From: Heterodontus francisci
Lineage: Eukaryota
Length of the DNA stretch: 64,000 nt
Assembly: GCF_036365525.1 (NCBI RefSeq)
Contig: NW_027141701.1
Location: 62,001 to 126,000, forward strand
Direction of reading: 5' to 3'
The translations under genes were made by a program, and so were the position numbers. The notes beneath the pieces are model-generated. The model saw nothing but the letters and a program-made list of their open reading frames with translations, was not told the origin of the DNA and ran no database searches. The first letter of the stretch is position 1. Each line of letters starts with the position of its first letter. Positions 36,601 to 51,800 of this stretch are shown in pieces.

Positions 36601-39600
36601 ATCTCTCCCTCTGAGCTCTCTGTGACCACACCCTCCAATCTCTCTCTCTGATCTCTCTGTGACCACACCCTCCAATCCCTCCCTCTGATCTCTCAGTGAC
36701 CACACCCACCAATCTCTCCCTCTGATCTCTCGGTGACCACACTCTCCAATCTCTCTCTCTGATCTCTCTGTGACCACACGCTCCAATCTCTCTCTCTGAT
36801 CTCTCTGTGACCACACCCACCAATCTCTCCCTCTGAGCTCTCTGTGACCACACCCTCCAATCACTGTCTCTGATCTCTCTGTGACCACACACTCCAATCT
36901 TTCCCTCTGATCTCTCTGTGACCACACACTAGAATCTCTCTCTCTGATCTCTCTGTGACCACACCCTCCAATCTCTCCCTCTGATCTCTCAGTGACCACA
37001 CCCACCAATCTCTCCCTCTGATCTCTCTGTGACCACACCCTCCAATCTCTCTGATCTCTCTGTGACCACACCCTCCAATCTCTCCCTCTGAGCTCTCTGT
37101 GCCACACCCTCCAATCTTTCCCTCTGATCTCTCTGTGACCACACCCTCCAATCTCTCCCTCTGATCTCTCTGTGACCACAGCCTCCAATCTCTCCCTCTG
37201 ATCTCTCTGTGACATCCCACCAATCTCTCCCTCTGACCTCTCTGTGACCACACCCTCCAATCTCTCCCTCTGATCTCTCTGTGACCACACCCTCCAATCT
37301 CTCCCTCTGAGCTCTCTGTGCCTCACCCCCCAATCTTTCCCTCTGATCTCTCTGTAACCACACCCTCCAATCTCTCTCTCTGATCTCTCTGTGACCACAC
37401 CCCCCAATCTTTCCCTCTGATCTCTCTGTGACCACACCCTCCAATCACTCTCTCAGATCTCTCTGTGTCCACACCCTCCAATCTCTCTCTCTGATCTCTC
37501 TGTGACCACACCCTCCAATCTCTCACTCTGATCTCTCTGTGACCACACCCTCCAATCACTCTCTCAGATCTCTCTGTGACCACACCCTCCAATCTCTCTC
37601 TCTGATCTCTCTGTGACCACACCCTCCAATCTCTCTCTCTGATCTCTCTGTGACCACACCCGCCAATCTCTCCCTCTGAGCTCTCTGTACCACACCCTCC
37701 AATCTCTCCCTCTGATCTCTCTGTGACCACACCCTCCAATCTCTCCCTCTGAGCTCTCTGTGACCACTCCCTCCAATCTCTCCCTCTGATCTCTCTGTGA
37801 CCACACCCACCAATCTCTCCCTCTGATCTCTCTGTGACCACACCCTCCAATCTCTCCCTCTGATCTCTCTTTGACCACACCCACCAATCTCTCCCTCTGA
37901 TCTCTCTGTGACCACACCCACCAATCTCTCCCTCTGATCTCTCTGTGACCACACCCTCCAATCTCTCTCTCTGACCTCTCTGTGACCACACCCTCCAATC
38001 TCTCCCTCTGATCTCTCTGTGACCACACCCTCCAATCTCTCTGATCTCTCTGTGACCACACCCTCCAATCTCTCCCTCTGAGCTCTCTGTGCCACACCCT
38101 CCAATCTTTCCCTCTGATCTCTCTGTGACCACACCCTCCAATCTCTCCCTCTGATCTCTCTGTGACCACAGCCTCCAATCTCTCCCTCTGATCTCTCTGT
38201 GACCACAGCCTCCAATCTCTCCCTCTGATCTCTCTGTGACATCCCACCAATCTCTCCCTCTGACCTCTCTGTGACCGCACCCTCCAATCTCTCCCTCTGA
38301 TCTCTCTGTGACCACACCCTCCAATCTCTCCCTCTGAGCTCTCTGTGCCACACCCCCCAATCTTTCCCTCTGATCTCTCTGTAACCACACCCTCCAATCT
38401 CTCTCTCTGATCTCTCTGTGACCACACCCTCCAATCTCTCACTCTGACCTCTCTGTGACCACACCCTCCAATCACTCTCTCAGATCTCTCTGTGTCCACA
38501 CCCTCCAATCTCTCTCTCTGATCTCTCTGTGACCACACCCTCCAATCTCTCACTCTGATCTCTCTGTGACCACACCCTCCAATCACTCTCTCAGATCTCT
38601 CTGTGACCACACCCTCCAATCTCTCTCTCTGATCTCTCTGTGACCACACCCTCCAATCTCTCTCTCTGATCTCTCTGTGACCACACCCGCCAATCTCTCC
38701 CTCTGAGCTCTCTGTACCACACCCTCCAATCTCTCTCTCTGATCTCTCTGTGACCACACCCTCCAATCTTTCCCTCTGATCTCTCTGTGACCACACCCTC
38801 CAATCTCTCCCTCTGATCTCTCTGTGACCACACCCACCAATCTCTCCCTCTGATCTCTCTGTGACCACACCCTCCAATCTCTCCCTCTGATCTCTCTGTG
38901 ACCACACCCTCCAATCTCTCTCTCTGATCTCTCTGTGACCACACCCTCCAATCTTTCCCTCTGATCTCTCTGTGACCACACCCACCAATCTCTCCCTCTG
39001 ATCTCTCAGTGACCACACCCTCCAATCTCTCCCTCTGAGCTCTCTGTGACCACACCCTCCAATCTCTCCCTCTGAGCTCTCTGTGACCACACCCTCCAAT
39101 CTCTCTCTCTGATCTCTCTGTGACCACACCCTCCAATCCCTCCCTCTGATCTCTCAGTAACCACACCCACCAATCTCTCCCTCTGATCTCTCGGTGACCA
39201 CACTCTCCAATCTCTCTCTCTGATCTCTCTGTGACCACACGCTCCAATCTCTCTCTCTGATCTCTCTGTGACCACACCCACCAATCTCTCCCTCTGAGCT
39301 CTCTGTGACCACACCCTCCAATCACTCTCTCTGATCTCTCTGTGACCACACACTCTAATCTTTCCCTCTGATCTCTCTGTGACCACACACTAGAATCTCT
39401 CTCTCTGATCTCTCTGTGACCACACCCTCCAATCTCTCCCTCTGATCTCTCAGTGACCACACCCACCAATCCCTCCCTCTGATCTCTCTGTGACCACACC
39501 CTCCAATCTCTCTCTCTGATCTCTCTGTGACCACACCCTCCAATCTCTCCCTCTGAGCTCTCTGTGCCACACCCTCCAATCTTTCCCTCTGATCTCTCTG

Positions 39601-42260
39601 TGACCACACCCTCCAATCTCTCCCTCTGATCTCTCTGTGACCACAGCCTCCAATCTCTCCCTCTGATCTCTCTGTGACATCCCACCAATCTCTCCCTCTG
39701 ACCTCTCTGTGACCGCACCCTCCAATCTCTCCCTCTGATCTCTCTGTGACCACACCCTCCAATCTCTCCCTCTGAGCTCTCTGTGCCACACCCCCCAATC
39801 TTTCCCTCTGATCTCTCTGTAACCACACCCTCCAATCTCTCTCTCTGATCTCTCTGTGACCACACCCTCCAATCTCTCACTCTGACCTCTCCGTGACCAC
39901 ACCCTCCAATCACTCTCTCAGATCTCTCTGTGTCCACACCCTCCAATCTCTCTCTCTGATCTCTCTGTGACCACACCCTCCAATCTCTCACTCTGATCTC
40001 TCTGTGACCACACCCTCCAATCACTCTCTCAGATCTCTCTGTGACCACACCCTCCAATCACTCTCTCTGATCTCTCTGTGACCACACCCTCCAATCTCTC
40101 TCTCTGATCTCTCTGTGACCACACCCGCCAATCTCTCCCTCTGAGCTCTCTGTACCACACCCTCCAATCTCTCTCTCTGATCTCTCTGTGACCACACCCT
40201 CCAATCTTTCCCTCTGATCTCTCTGTGACCACACCCTCCAATCTCTCCCTCTGATCTCTCTGTGACCACACCCACCAATCTCTCCCTCTGATCTCTCTGT
40301 GACCACATCCTCCAATCTCTCCCTCTGATCTCTCTGTGACCACACCCTCCAATCTCTCTCTCTGATCTCTCTGTGACCACACCCTCCAATCACTCTCTCT
40401 GATCTCTCTGTGACCACACCCTCCAATCTTTCCCTCTGATCTCTCTGTGACCACACCCACCAATCTCTCCCTCTGATCTCTCAGTGACCACACCCTCCAA
40501 TCTCTCCCTCTGAGCTCTCTGTGACCACACCCTCCAATCTCTCCCTCTGAGCTCTCTGTGACCACACCCTCCAATCTCTCTCTCTGATCTCTCTGTGACC
40601 ACACCCTCCAATCCCTCCCTCTGATCTCTCAGTGACCACACCCACCAATCTCTCCCTCTGATCTCTCGGTGACCACACTCTCCAATCTCTCTCTCTGATC
40701 TCTCTGTGACCACACGCTCCAATCTCTCTCTCTCTGATCTCTCTGTGACCACACCCACCAATCTCTCCCTCTGAGCTCTCTGTGACCACACCCTCCAATC
40801 ACTCTCTCTGATCTCTCTGTGACCACACACTAGAATCTCTCTCTCTGATCTCTCTGTGACCACACCCTCCAATCTCTCCCTCTGATCTCTCAGTGACCAC
40901 ACCCACCAATCTCTCCCTCTGATCTCTCTGTGACCACACCCTCCAATCTCTCCCTCTGATCTCTCAGTGACCACACCCACCAATCTCTCCCTCTGATCTC
41001 TCTGTGACCACACCCTCCAATCTCTCCCTCTGATCTCTCTGTGACCACACCCTCCAATCTCTCTCTCTGATCTCTCTGTGACCACACCCTCCAATCACTC
41101 TCTCTGATCTCTCTGTGACCACACCCTCCAATCTTTCCCTCTGATCTCTCTGTGACCACACCCACCAATCACTCTCTCTGATCTCTCAGTGACCACACCC
41201 TCCAATCTCTCCCTCTGAGCTCTCTGTGACCACACCCTCCAATCTCTCCCTCTGAGCTCTCTGTGACCACACCCTCCAATCTCTCTCTCTGATCTCTCTG
41301 TGACCACACCCTCCAATCCCTCCCTCTGATCTCTCAGTGACCACACCCACCAATCTCTCCCTCTGATCTCTCGGTGACCACACTCTCCAATCTCTCCCTC
41401 TGATCTCTCTGTGACCACACGCTCCAATCTCTCTCTCTGATCTCTCTGTGACCACACCCACCAATCTCTCCCTCTGAGCTCTCTGTGACCACACCCTCCA
41501 ATCACTCTCTCTGATCTCTCTGTGACCACACACTAGAATCTCTCTCTCTGATCTCTCTGTGACCACACCCTCCAATCTCTCCCTCTGATCTCTCAGTGAC
41601 CACACCCACCAATCTCTCCCTCTGATCTCTCTGTGACCACACACTCCAATCTCTCCCTCTGATCTCTCAGTGACCACAGCCACCAATCTCTCCCTCTGAT
41701 CTCTCTGTGACCACACCCTCCAATTTCTCTCTCTGTTCTCTCTGTGACCACACCCTCCAATCTCTCCCTCTGAGCTCTCTGTGCCACACCCTCCAATCTC
41801 TCCCTCTGATCTCACTGTGACCACACCCTCCAATCTCTCCCTCTGAGCTCTCTGTGCCACACCCTCCAATCACTCTCTCTGATCTCTCTGTGACCACACC
41901 CTCCAATCTCTCCCTCTGATCTCTCTGGGACCACACCCTCCAATCTCTCCCTCTGATCTCTCTGTGACCACACCCTCCAATCTCTCTGTGACATCCCTCC
42001 AATCTCGCCCAGTTCCCTCCAAAATCTCCCTCAGATTTATCCCCCACCGCTCCAATCTTCCCCTGATCCCCCTCCAAAATCTCCCTCTGATCTCCCATAG
42101 GCCCCCCACCAATTTCTCCCACCAAACTCTCCCTCAGATTTCTCCCTCTGATCTCTATCTGTATTCCCTCTAATTCCTCTATGATTGCTCCTTGACCCTT
42201 TCTCTCTCTTTCTCTGATATATGACACACCCTCCCCTCTGATCATTCTGTATTGTCTCTG
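27655..42260. repeat. 37-bp satellite array, about 380 copies, core 27890-41990
   Basis: Unit ccctccaatctctccctctgatctctctgtgaccaca with 35- and 33-bp deletion variants and degenerate CT-rich edges. Confidence 0.98.
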
Positions 42261-42639
42261 ATCCACCATCTCTGCCCCATCTCTCTCTGACCCCCATCCC
42301 CCACACGATCCCACCCGGACCCTCGACACCTTGCTGTAACCCCCCTCACCCGCCCCCCACCCCACCCTCTGTGACCCTGCAATCTTTACCCTAAGCAGCA
42401 TGAAACTTCCTGCTCCTGAGCTCGAGCCTTTCTGCAGTGTTCCACTCCCTCCAGCGAGCTGAGCCTGTCAATCAGACTGGGGATTGGGGCAGGGAACCTG
42501 TTAAAAAAACAAATGCACAATGTGTAGTTAAAACTCCACGCTGCCATCTAAATATGGAGTCAGGGGTTACCCAGTCTGAACTCTTCTCCCCAGCTAGAAA
42601 ATCCCACCTCAGTAAACACCGGATTATTAACGTGGTTTT

Positions 42640-42830
42640 TCTCACCACTGATGCTGCCTGATCGGCTGAACATTTCCAGCATTTCCTGTTTTTTAAAACA
42701 AATCGCTTTGATTCTCAATAGTCCTGAGTTTTTCACCATTTATCTTTGTTGCGTCCAAAGTGGATGACGACTCACTTCCCCACATTAAACACCATTTACC
42801 ACAGCATCATCCACTCTCTTAACCTGTATA
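42640..42830. mobile_element. Penelope-terminal remnant (+) and short CR1 RT fragment (-)
   Basis: 'gatgctgcctgatcggctgaacatttccagcatttcctg'; 'ccaaagtggatgac...cacttccccacattaaac'. Confidence 0.5.
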
Positions 42831-45800
42831 TGGCACCTCCGACACTGCAGCTCTCCCTCAGTACCGACCCACCAACAATGCAGCACTCCCTCAGCACCGA
42901 CTCACCAACAATGCAGCACTCCCTCAGCACCGACTCACCAACAATGCAGCACTCCCTCAGTACTGACCCACCGACAGTGCAGCACTCCCTCAATACTGAC
43001 CCTCTGACAATGCAGCACTCCCTCAGGACCGACCCACTGACAGTGCAGCTGTCCCTCAGTACTGACCCACCGACAGTGCAGCTCTCCCTCAGTACCGACC
43101 CACCGACAATGCAGCTGTCCCTCAGTACTGACCCACCGACAGTGCAGCACTCCCTCAGTACTGACCCTCTGACAATGCAGCCCTCCCTCAGTACCGACCC
43201 ACTGACAATGCAGCTCTCCCTCAGTACTGACCCACCGACACTGCAGCCTTCCCTCAGTACTGACCCACCGACAATGCAGCACTCCCTCAGTACCGACCCA
43301 CTGACAATGCAGCTCTCCCTCAGTACTGACCCACCGACAGTGCAGCACACCCTCAGTACTTACCCTCTGACAGTGCAGCCCTCCCTCAGTACTGACCCAC
43401 CTACAGTGCAGCTCTCCCTCAGTACCGACCCACCGACAATGCAGCACTCCCTCAGTACTTACCCTCTGACAGTCCAGCCCTCCCTCAGTACTGACCCACC
43501 GAAAGTGCAGCCCTCCCTCAGTACTGACCCACCGACAGTGCAGCACTCCCTCAGTACTGACCCACCGACAGTGCAGCACTCCCTCAGTACTGACCCTCTG
43601 ACAGTGCAGCTCTCCCTCAGTACCAACCCACCGACAATGCAGCTCTCCCTCAGTACCGACCCACCGACAATGCAGCTGTCCCTCAGTACTTACTCTCTGA
43701 AAGTGCAGCCCTCCCTCAGTATTGACCCTCTGACAATGCAGCTCACCCTCTGTACCGACCCACCGACAGTGCAGCTCTCCCTCAGTACTGACCCACCGAC
43801 AGTGCAGCTCTCCCTCAGTACTGACCCACCGACAGTGCAGCTTTCCCTCAGTACTGACCCACCGACAATGCAGCACTCCCTCAGTACCGACCCACTGACA
43901 ATGCAGCTCTCCCTCAGTACTGACCCACCGACAGTGCAGCACACCCTCAGTACTTATCCTCTGACAGTGCAGCCCTCCCTCAGTACTGACCCACCGACAG
44001 TGCAGCTCTCCCTCAGTACCGACCCACCGACAATGCAGCACTCCCTCAGTACTTACCCTCTGACAGTGCAGCCCTCCCTCAGTACTGACCCACCGACAAT
44101 GCAGCACTCCCTCAGTACTGACCCACCGACAGTGCAGCACTCCCTCAGTACTGACCCACCGACAATGCAGCACTCCCTCAGTACTGACCCACCGACAGTG
44201 CAGCACTCCCTCAGTTCTGACCCTCTGACAATGCAGCACTCCCTCAGTACCGACCCACTGACGGTGCAGCTCTCCCTCAGTACTGACCCACCGACAGTGC
44301 AGCTCTCCCTCAGTACCGACCCACCGACAATGCAGCTGTCCCTCAGTACTGACCCTCTGACAGTGCAGCCCTCCCTCAGTATTGACCCTCTGACAATGCA
44401 GCTCTCTCTCAGTACCGACCCACCGACAGTGCAGCTCTCCCTCAGTACTGACCCACCGACAGTGCAGCTCTCCCTCAGTACCGACCCACCGACAATGCAG
44501 CTGTCCCTCAGTACTTACCCTCTGACAGTGCAGCCCTCCCTCAGTACTGACCCTCTGACAATGCAGCACTCCTTCAGTACTGACCCACCGACAGTGCAGC
44601 TCTCCCTCAGTACCGACCCACCGACAATGCAGCTGTCCCTCAGTACTTACCCTCTGACAGTGCAGCCCTCCCTCAGTACTTACCCTCTGACAGTGCAGCC
44701 CTCCCTCAGTACTTACCCTCTGACAGTGCAGCCCTCCCTCAGTACTTACCCTCTGACAATGCAGCTTTCCCTCAATACTGACCCACCGACAATGCAGCTC
44801 TCCCTCAGTACTGACCCACCGACAGTGCAGCTCTCCCTCAGTACTGACCCACCGACAGTGCAGCTCTCCCTCAGTACTGACCCACCGACAGTGCAGCACT
44901 CCCTCAGTACTGACCCAACGACACTGCAGCTTTCCCTCAGGACTGACCCACCGACAATGCAGCACTCCCTCAGTACCGACCCACTGACAATGCAGCTCTC
45001 CCGCAGTACTGACCCACCGACAGTGCAGCACTCCCTCAGTACTTATCCTCTGACAGTGCAGCCCTCCCTCAGTACCGACCCACCGACAATGCAGCACTCC
45101 CTCAGTACTTACCCTCTGACAGTGCAGCCCTCCCTCAGTACTGACCCACCGACAGTGCAGCTCTCCCTCAGTACCGACCCACCGACAATGCAGCACTCCC
45201 TCAGTACTTACCCTCTGACAGTGCAGCCCATCTCAGTACTGACCCACCGACAGTGCAGCCCTCCCTCAGTACTGACCCACCGACAGTGCAGCACTCCCTC
45301 AGTACTGACCCACCGACAGTGCAGCACTCCCTCAGTACTGACCCTCTGACAGTGCAGCTCTCCCTCAGTACCGACCCACCGACAATGCAGCTGTCCCTCA
45401 GTACTTACTCTCTGACAGTGCAGCCCTCCCTCAGTATTGACCCTCTGACAATGCAGCTCACCCTCTGTACCGACCCACCGACAGTGCAACTCTCCCTCAG
45501 TACTGACCCACCGACAGTGCAGCTCTCCCTCAGTACTGACCCACCGACAATGCAGCACTCCCTCAGTACCGACCCACTGACAATGCAGCTCTCCCTCAGG
45601 ACTGACCCACCGACAGTGCAGCACTCCCTCAGTACTTATCCTCTGACAGTGCAGCCCTCCCTCAGTACTGACCCACCGACAGTGCAGCTCTCCCTCAGTA
45701 CCGACCCACCGACAATGCAGCACTCCCTCAGTACTTACCCTCTGACAGTGCAGCCCTCCCTCAGTACTGACCCACCGACAATGCAGCACTCCCTCAGTAC

Positions 45801-48800
45801 TGACCCACCGACAATGCAGCACTCTCTCAGTACTGACCCACCGCAAATGCAGCTGTCCCTCAGTACTTACCCTCTGACAGTGCAGCCCACCCTCAGTATT
45901 GACCCTCTGACAGTGCAGCACTCCCTCAGTACTGACCCTCTGACAATGCAGCCCTCCCTCAGTACCGACCCACCGACAGTGCAGCTCTCCCTCAGTACTG
46001 ACCCTCTGACAGTGCAGCTCTCCCTCAGTACCGACCCACCGACAATGCAGCTGTCCCTCAGTACTTACTCTCTGACAGTGGAGCCCTCCCTCAGTATTGA
46101 CCCTCTGACAATGCAGCTCACCCTCTGTACCGACCCACCGACAGTGCAGCTCTCCCTCAGTACTGACCCACCGACAGTGCAGCTCTCCCTCAGTACTGAC
46201 CCACCGACAGTGCAGCTTTCCCTCAGTACTGACCCACCGACAATGCAGCACTCCCTCAGTACCGACCCACTGACAATGCAGCTCTCCCTCAGTACTGACC
46301 CACCGACAGTGCAGCACACCCTCAGTACTTATCCTCTGACAGTGCAGCCCTCCCTCAGTACTGACCCACCGACAGTGCAGCTCTCCCTCAGTACCGACCC
46401 ACCGACAATGCAGCACTCCCTCAGTACATACCCTCTGACAGTGCAGCCCTCCCTCAGTACTGACCCACCGACAATGCAGCACTCCCTCAGTACTGACCCA
46501 CCGACAGTGCAGCACTCCCTCAGTACTGACCCACCGACAATGCAGCACTCCCTCAGTACTGACCCACCGACAGTGCAGCACTCCCTCAGTACTGACCCTC
46601 TGACAATGCAGCACTCCCTCAGTACCGATCCACTGACCTTGCAGCTCTCCCTCAGTCCTGACCCACCGACAGTGCAGCTCTCCCTCAGTACCGACCCACC
46701 GACAATGCAGCTGTCCCTCAGTACTGACCCTCTGACAGTGCAGCCCTCCCTCAGTATTGACCCTCTGACAATGCAGCTCTCTCTCAGTACCGACCCACCG
46801 ACAGTGCAGCTCTCCCTCAGTACTGACCCACCGACAGTGCAGCTCTCCCTCAGTACCGACCCACCGACAATGCAGCTGTCCCTCAGTACTTACCCTCTGA
46901 CAGTGCAGCCCTCCCTCAGTACTGACCCTCTGACAATGCAGCACTCCTTCAGTACTGACCCACCGACAGTGCAGCTCTCCCTCAGTACCGACCCACCGAC
47001 AATGCAGCTGTCCCTCAGTACTTACCCTCTGACAGTGCAGCCCTCCCTCAGTACTTACCCTCTGACAGTGCAGCCCTCCCTCAGTACTTACCCTCTGACA
47101 GTGCAGCCCTCCCTCAGTACTTACCCTCTGACAATGCAGCTTTACCTCAATACTGACCCACCGACAATGCAGCTCTCCCTCAGTACTGACCCACCGACAG
47201 TGCAGCTCTCCCTCAGTACTGACCCACCGACAGTGCAGCTCTCCCTCAGTACTGACCCACCGACAGTGCAGCACTCCCTCAGTACTGACCCAAAGACACT
47301 GCAGCTTTCCCTCAGGACTGACCCACCGACAATGCAGCACTCCCTCAGTACCGACCCACTGACAATGCAGCTCTCCCGCAGTACTGACCCACCGACAGTG
47401 CAGCACTCCCTCAGTACTTATCCTCTGACAGTGCAGCCCTCCCTCAGTACTCACCCACCGACAGTGCAGCTCTCCCTCAGTACCGACCCACCGACAATGC
47501 AGCACTCCCTCAGTACTTACCCTCTGACAGTGCAGCCCTCCCTCAGTACTGACCCACCGACAGTGCAGCTCTCCCTCAGTACCGACCCACCGACAATGCA
47601 GCACTCCCTCAGTACTTACCCTCTGACAATGCAGCCCATCTCAGTACTGACCCACCGACAGTGCAGCCCTCCCTCAGTACTGACCCACCGACAGTGCAGC
47701 ACTCCCTCAGTACTGACCCACCGACAGTGCAGCTGTCCCTCAGTACTTACCCTCTGACAGTGCTGCCCTCCCTCAGTACTTACCCTCTGACAGTGCAGCC
47801 CTCCCTCAGTACTTACCCTCTGACAGTGCAGCCCTCCCTCAGTACTTACCCTCTGACAATGCAGCTTTCCCTCAATACTGACCCACCGACAATGCAGCTC
47901 TCCCTCAGTACTGACCCACCGACAGTGCAGCTCTCCCTCAGTCCTGACCCACCGACAGTGCAGCTCTCCCTCAGTACTGACCCACCGACAGTGCAGCACT
48001 CCCTCAGTACTGACCCAACGACACTGCAGCTTTCCCTCAGGACTGACCCACCGACAATGCAGCACTCCCTCAGTACCGACCCACTGACAATGCAGCTCTC
48101 CCTCAGTACTGACCCACCGACAGTGCAGCACTCCCTCAGTACTTATCCTCTGACAGTGCAGCCCTCCCTCAGTACTGACCCACCGACAGTGCAGCTCTCC
48201 CTCAGTACCGACCCACCGACAATGCAGCACTCCCTCAGTACTTACCCTCTGACAGTGCAGCCCTCCCTCAGTACTGACCCACCGCAAATGCAGCTGTCCC
48301 TCAGTACTTACCCTCTGACAGTGCAGCCCTCCCTCAGTATTGACCCTCTGACAGTGCAGCACTCCCTCAGTACTGACCCTCTGACAATGCAGCCCTCCCT
48401 CAGTACCGACCCACCGACAGTGCAGCTCTCCCTCAGTACTGACCCACCGACAGTGCAGCTCTCCCTCAGTACCGACCCACCGACAATGCAGCTATCCCTC
48501 AGTACTTACTCTCTGACAGTGCAGCCCTCCCTCAGTATTGACCCTCTGACAATGCAGCTCACCCTCTGTACCGACCCACCGACAGTGCAGCTCTCTCTCA
48601 GTACTGACCCACCGACAGTGCAGCTCTCCCTCAGTACCGACCCACCGACAATGCAGCTGTCCCTCAGTACTTACCCTCTGACAGTGCAGCCCTCCCTCAG
48701 TATTGACCCTCTGACAGTGCAGCACTCCCTCAGTACTGACCCTCTGACAGTGCAGCCCTCCCTCAGTACTGACCCACCGACAGTGCAGCACTCCCTCAGT

Positions 48801-51800
48801 ACTGACCCTCTGACAGTGCAGCTCTCCCTCAGTACCGACCCACCGACAATGCAGCTATCCCTCAGTACTTACTCTCTGACAGTGCAGCCCTCCCTCAGTA
48901 TTGACCCTCTGACAATGCAGCTCACCCTCTGTACCGACCCACCGACAGTGCAGCTCTCCCTCAGTACTGACCCACCGACAGTGCAGCTCTCCCTCAGTAC
49001 TGACCCACCGACAGTGCAGCTTTCCCTCAGTACTGACCCACCGACAATGCAGCACTCCCTCAGTACCGAACCACTGACAATGCAGCTCTCCCTCAGTACT
49101 GACCCACCGACAGTGCAGCACACCCTCAGTACTTATCCTCTGACAGTGCAGCCCTCCCTCAGTACTGACCCACCGACAGTGCAGCTCTCCCTCAGTACCG
49201 ACCCACCGACAATGCAGCACTCCCTCAGTACTTACCCTCTGACAGTGCAGCCCTCCCTCAGTACTGACCCACCGACAATGCAGCACTCCCTCAGTACTGA
49301 CCCACCGACAGTGCAGCACTCCCTCAGTACTGACCCACCGACAATGCAGCACTCCCTCAGTACTGACCCACCGACAGTGCAGCACTCCCTCAGTACTGAC
49401 CCTCTGACAATGCAGCACTCCCTCAGTACCGACCCACTGACCGTGCAGCTCTCCCTCAGTACTGACCCACCGACAGTGCAGCTCTCCCTCAGTACCGACC
49501 CACCGACAATGCAGCTGTCCCTCAGTGCTGACCCTCTGACAGTGCAGCCCTCCCTCAGTATTGACCCTCTGACAATGCAGCTCTCTCTCAGTACCGACCC
49601 ACCGACAGTGCAGCTCTCCCTCAGTACTGACCCACCGACAGTGCAGCTCTCCCTCAGTACCGACCCACCGACAATGCAGCTGTCCCTCAGTACTTACCCT
49701 CTGACAGTGCAGCCCTCCCTCAGTACTGACCCTCTGACAATGCAGCACTCCTTCAGTACTGACCCACCGACAGTGCAGCTCTCCCTCAGTACCGACCCAC
49801 CGACAATGCAGCTGTCCCTCAGTACTTACCCTCTGACAGTGCAGCCCTCCCTCAGTACTTACCCTCTGACAGTGCAGCCCTCCCTCAGTACTTACCCTCT
49901 GACAGTGCAGCCCTCCCTCAGTACTTACCCTCTGACAATGCAGCTTTACCTCAATACTGACCCACCGACAATGCAGCTCTCCCTCAGTACTGACCCACCG
50001 ACAGTGCAGCTCTCCCTCAGTACTGACCCACCGACAGTGCAGCTCTCCCTCAGTACTGACCCACCGCCAGTGCAGCACTCCCTCAGTACTGACCCAACGA
50101 CACTGCAGCTTTCCCTCAGGACTGACCCACTGACAATGCAGCACTCCCTCAGTACCGACCCACTGACAATGCAGCTCTCCCGCAGTACTGACCCACCGAC
50201 AGTGCAGCACTCCCTCAGTACTTATCCTCTGACAGTGCAGCCCTCCCTCAGTACTGACCCACCGACAGTGCAGCTCTCCCTCAGTACCGACCCACCGACA
50301 ATGCAGCTGTCCCTCAGTGCTGACCCTCTGACAGTGCAGCCCTCCCTCAGTATTGACCCTCTGACAATGCAGCTCTCTCTCAGTACCGACCCACCGACAG
50401 TGCAGCTCTCCCTCAGTACTGACCCACCGACAGTGCAGCTCTCCCTCAGTACCGACCCACCGACAATGCAGCTGTCCCTCAGTACTTACCCTCTGACAGT
50501 GCAGCCCTCCCTCAGTACTGACCCTCTGACAATGCAGCACTCCTTCAGTACTGACCCACCGACAGTGCAGCTCTCCCTCAGTACCGACCCACCGACAATG
50601 CAGCTGTCCCTCAGTACTTACCCTCTGACAGTGCAGCCCTCCCTCAGTACTTACCCTCTGACAGTGCAGCCCTCCCTCAGTACTTACCCTCTGACAGTGC
50701 AGCCCTCCCTCAGTACTTACCCTCTGACAATGCAGCTTTACCTCAATACTGACCCACCGACAATGCAGCTCTCCCTCAGTACTGACCCACCGACAGTGCA
50801 GCTCTCCCTCAGTACTGACCCACCGACAGTGCAGCTCTCCCTCAGTACTGACCCACCGCCAGTGCAGCACTCCCTCAGTACTGACCCAATGACACTGCAG
50901 CTTTCCCTCAGGACTGACCCACTGACAATGCAGCACTCCCTCAGTACCGACCCACTGACAATGCAGCTCTCCCGCAGTACTGACCCACCGACAGTGCAGC
51001 ACTCCCTCAGTACTTATCCTCTGACAGTGCAGCCCTCCCTCAGTACTGACCCACCGACAGTGCAGCTCTCCCTCAGTACCGACCCACCGACAATGCAGCA
51101 CTCCCTCAGTACTTACCCTCTGACAGTGCAGCCCTCCCTCAGTACTGACCCACCGACAGTGCAGCTCTCCCTCAGTACCGACCCACCGACAATGCAGCAC
51201 TCCCTCAGTACTTACCCTCTGACAGTGCAGCCCATCTCAGTACTGACCCACCGACAGTGCAGCCCTCCCTCAGTACTGACCCACCGACAGTGCAGCACTC
51301 CCTCAGTACTGACCCACCGACAGTGCAGCACTCCCTCAGTACTGACCCTCTGACAGTGCAGCTCTCCCTCAGTACCGACCCACCGACAATGCAGCTGTCC
51401 CTCAGTACTTACTCTCTGACAGTGCAGCCCTCCCTCAGTATTGACCCTCTGACAATGCAGCTCACCCTCTGTACCGACCCACCGACAGTGCAACTCTGCC
51501 TCAGTACTGACCCACCGACAGTGCAGCTCTCCCTCAGTACTGACCCACCGACAATGCTGCACTCCCTCAGTCCCGACCCACTGACAATGCAGCTCTCCCT
51601 CAGTACTGACCCACCGACAGTGCAGCACTCCCTCAGTACTTATCCTCTGACAGTGCAGCCCTCCCTCAGTACTGACCCACCGACAGTGCAGCTCTCCCTC
51701 AGTCCGGACCCACCGACAATGCAGCACTCCCTCAGTACTTACCCTCTGACAGTGCAGCCCTCCCTCAGTACTGACCTACCGACAATGCAGCACTCCCTCA

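Noticed and set aside
27617-42401. Many long minus-strand R/E/G-rich ORFs
   Set aside because: All three frames are open because the 37-bp monomer lacks stops; there is no frame preference.
42530-42550. tRNA-Leu primer-binding site (minus strand tggcagcgtgg)
   Set aside because: Short imperfect match with no adjacent LTR copy resembling 21601-22211.
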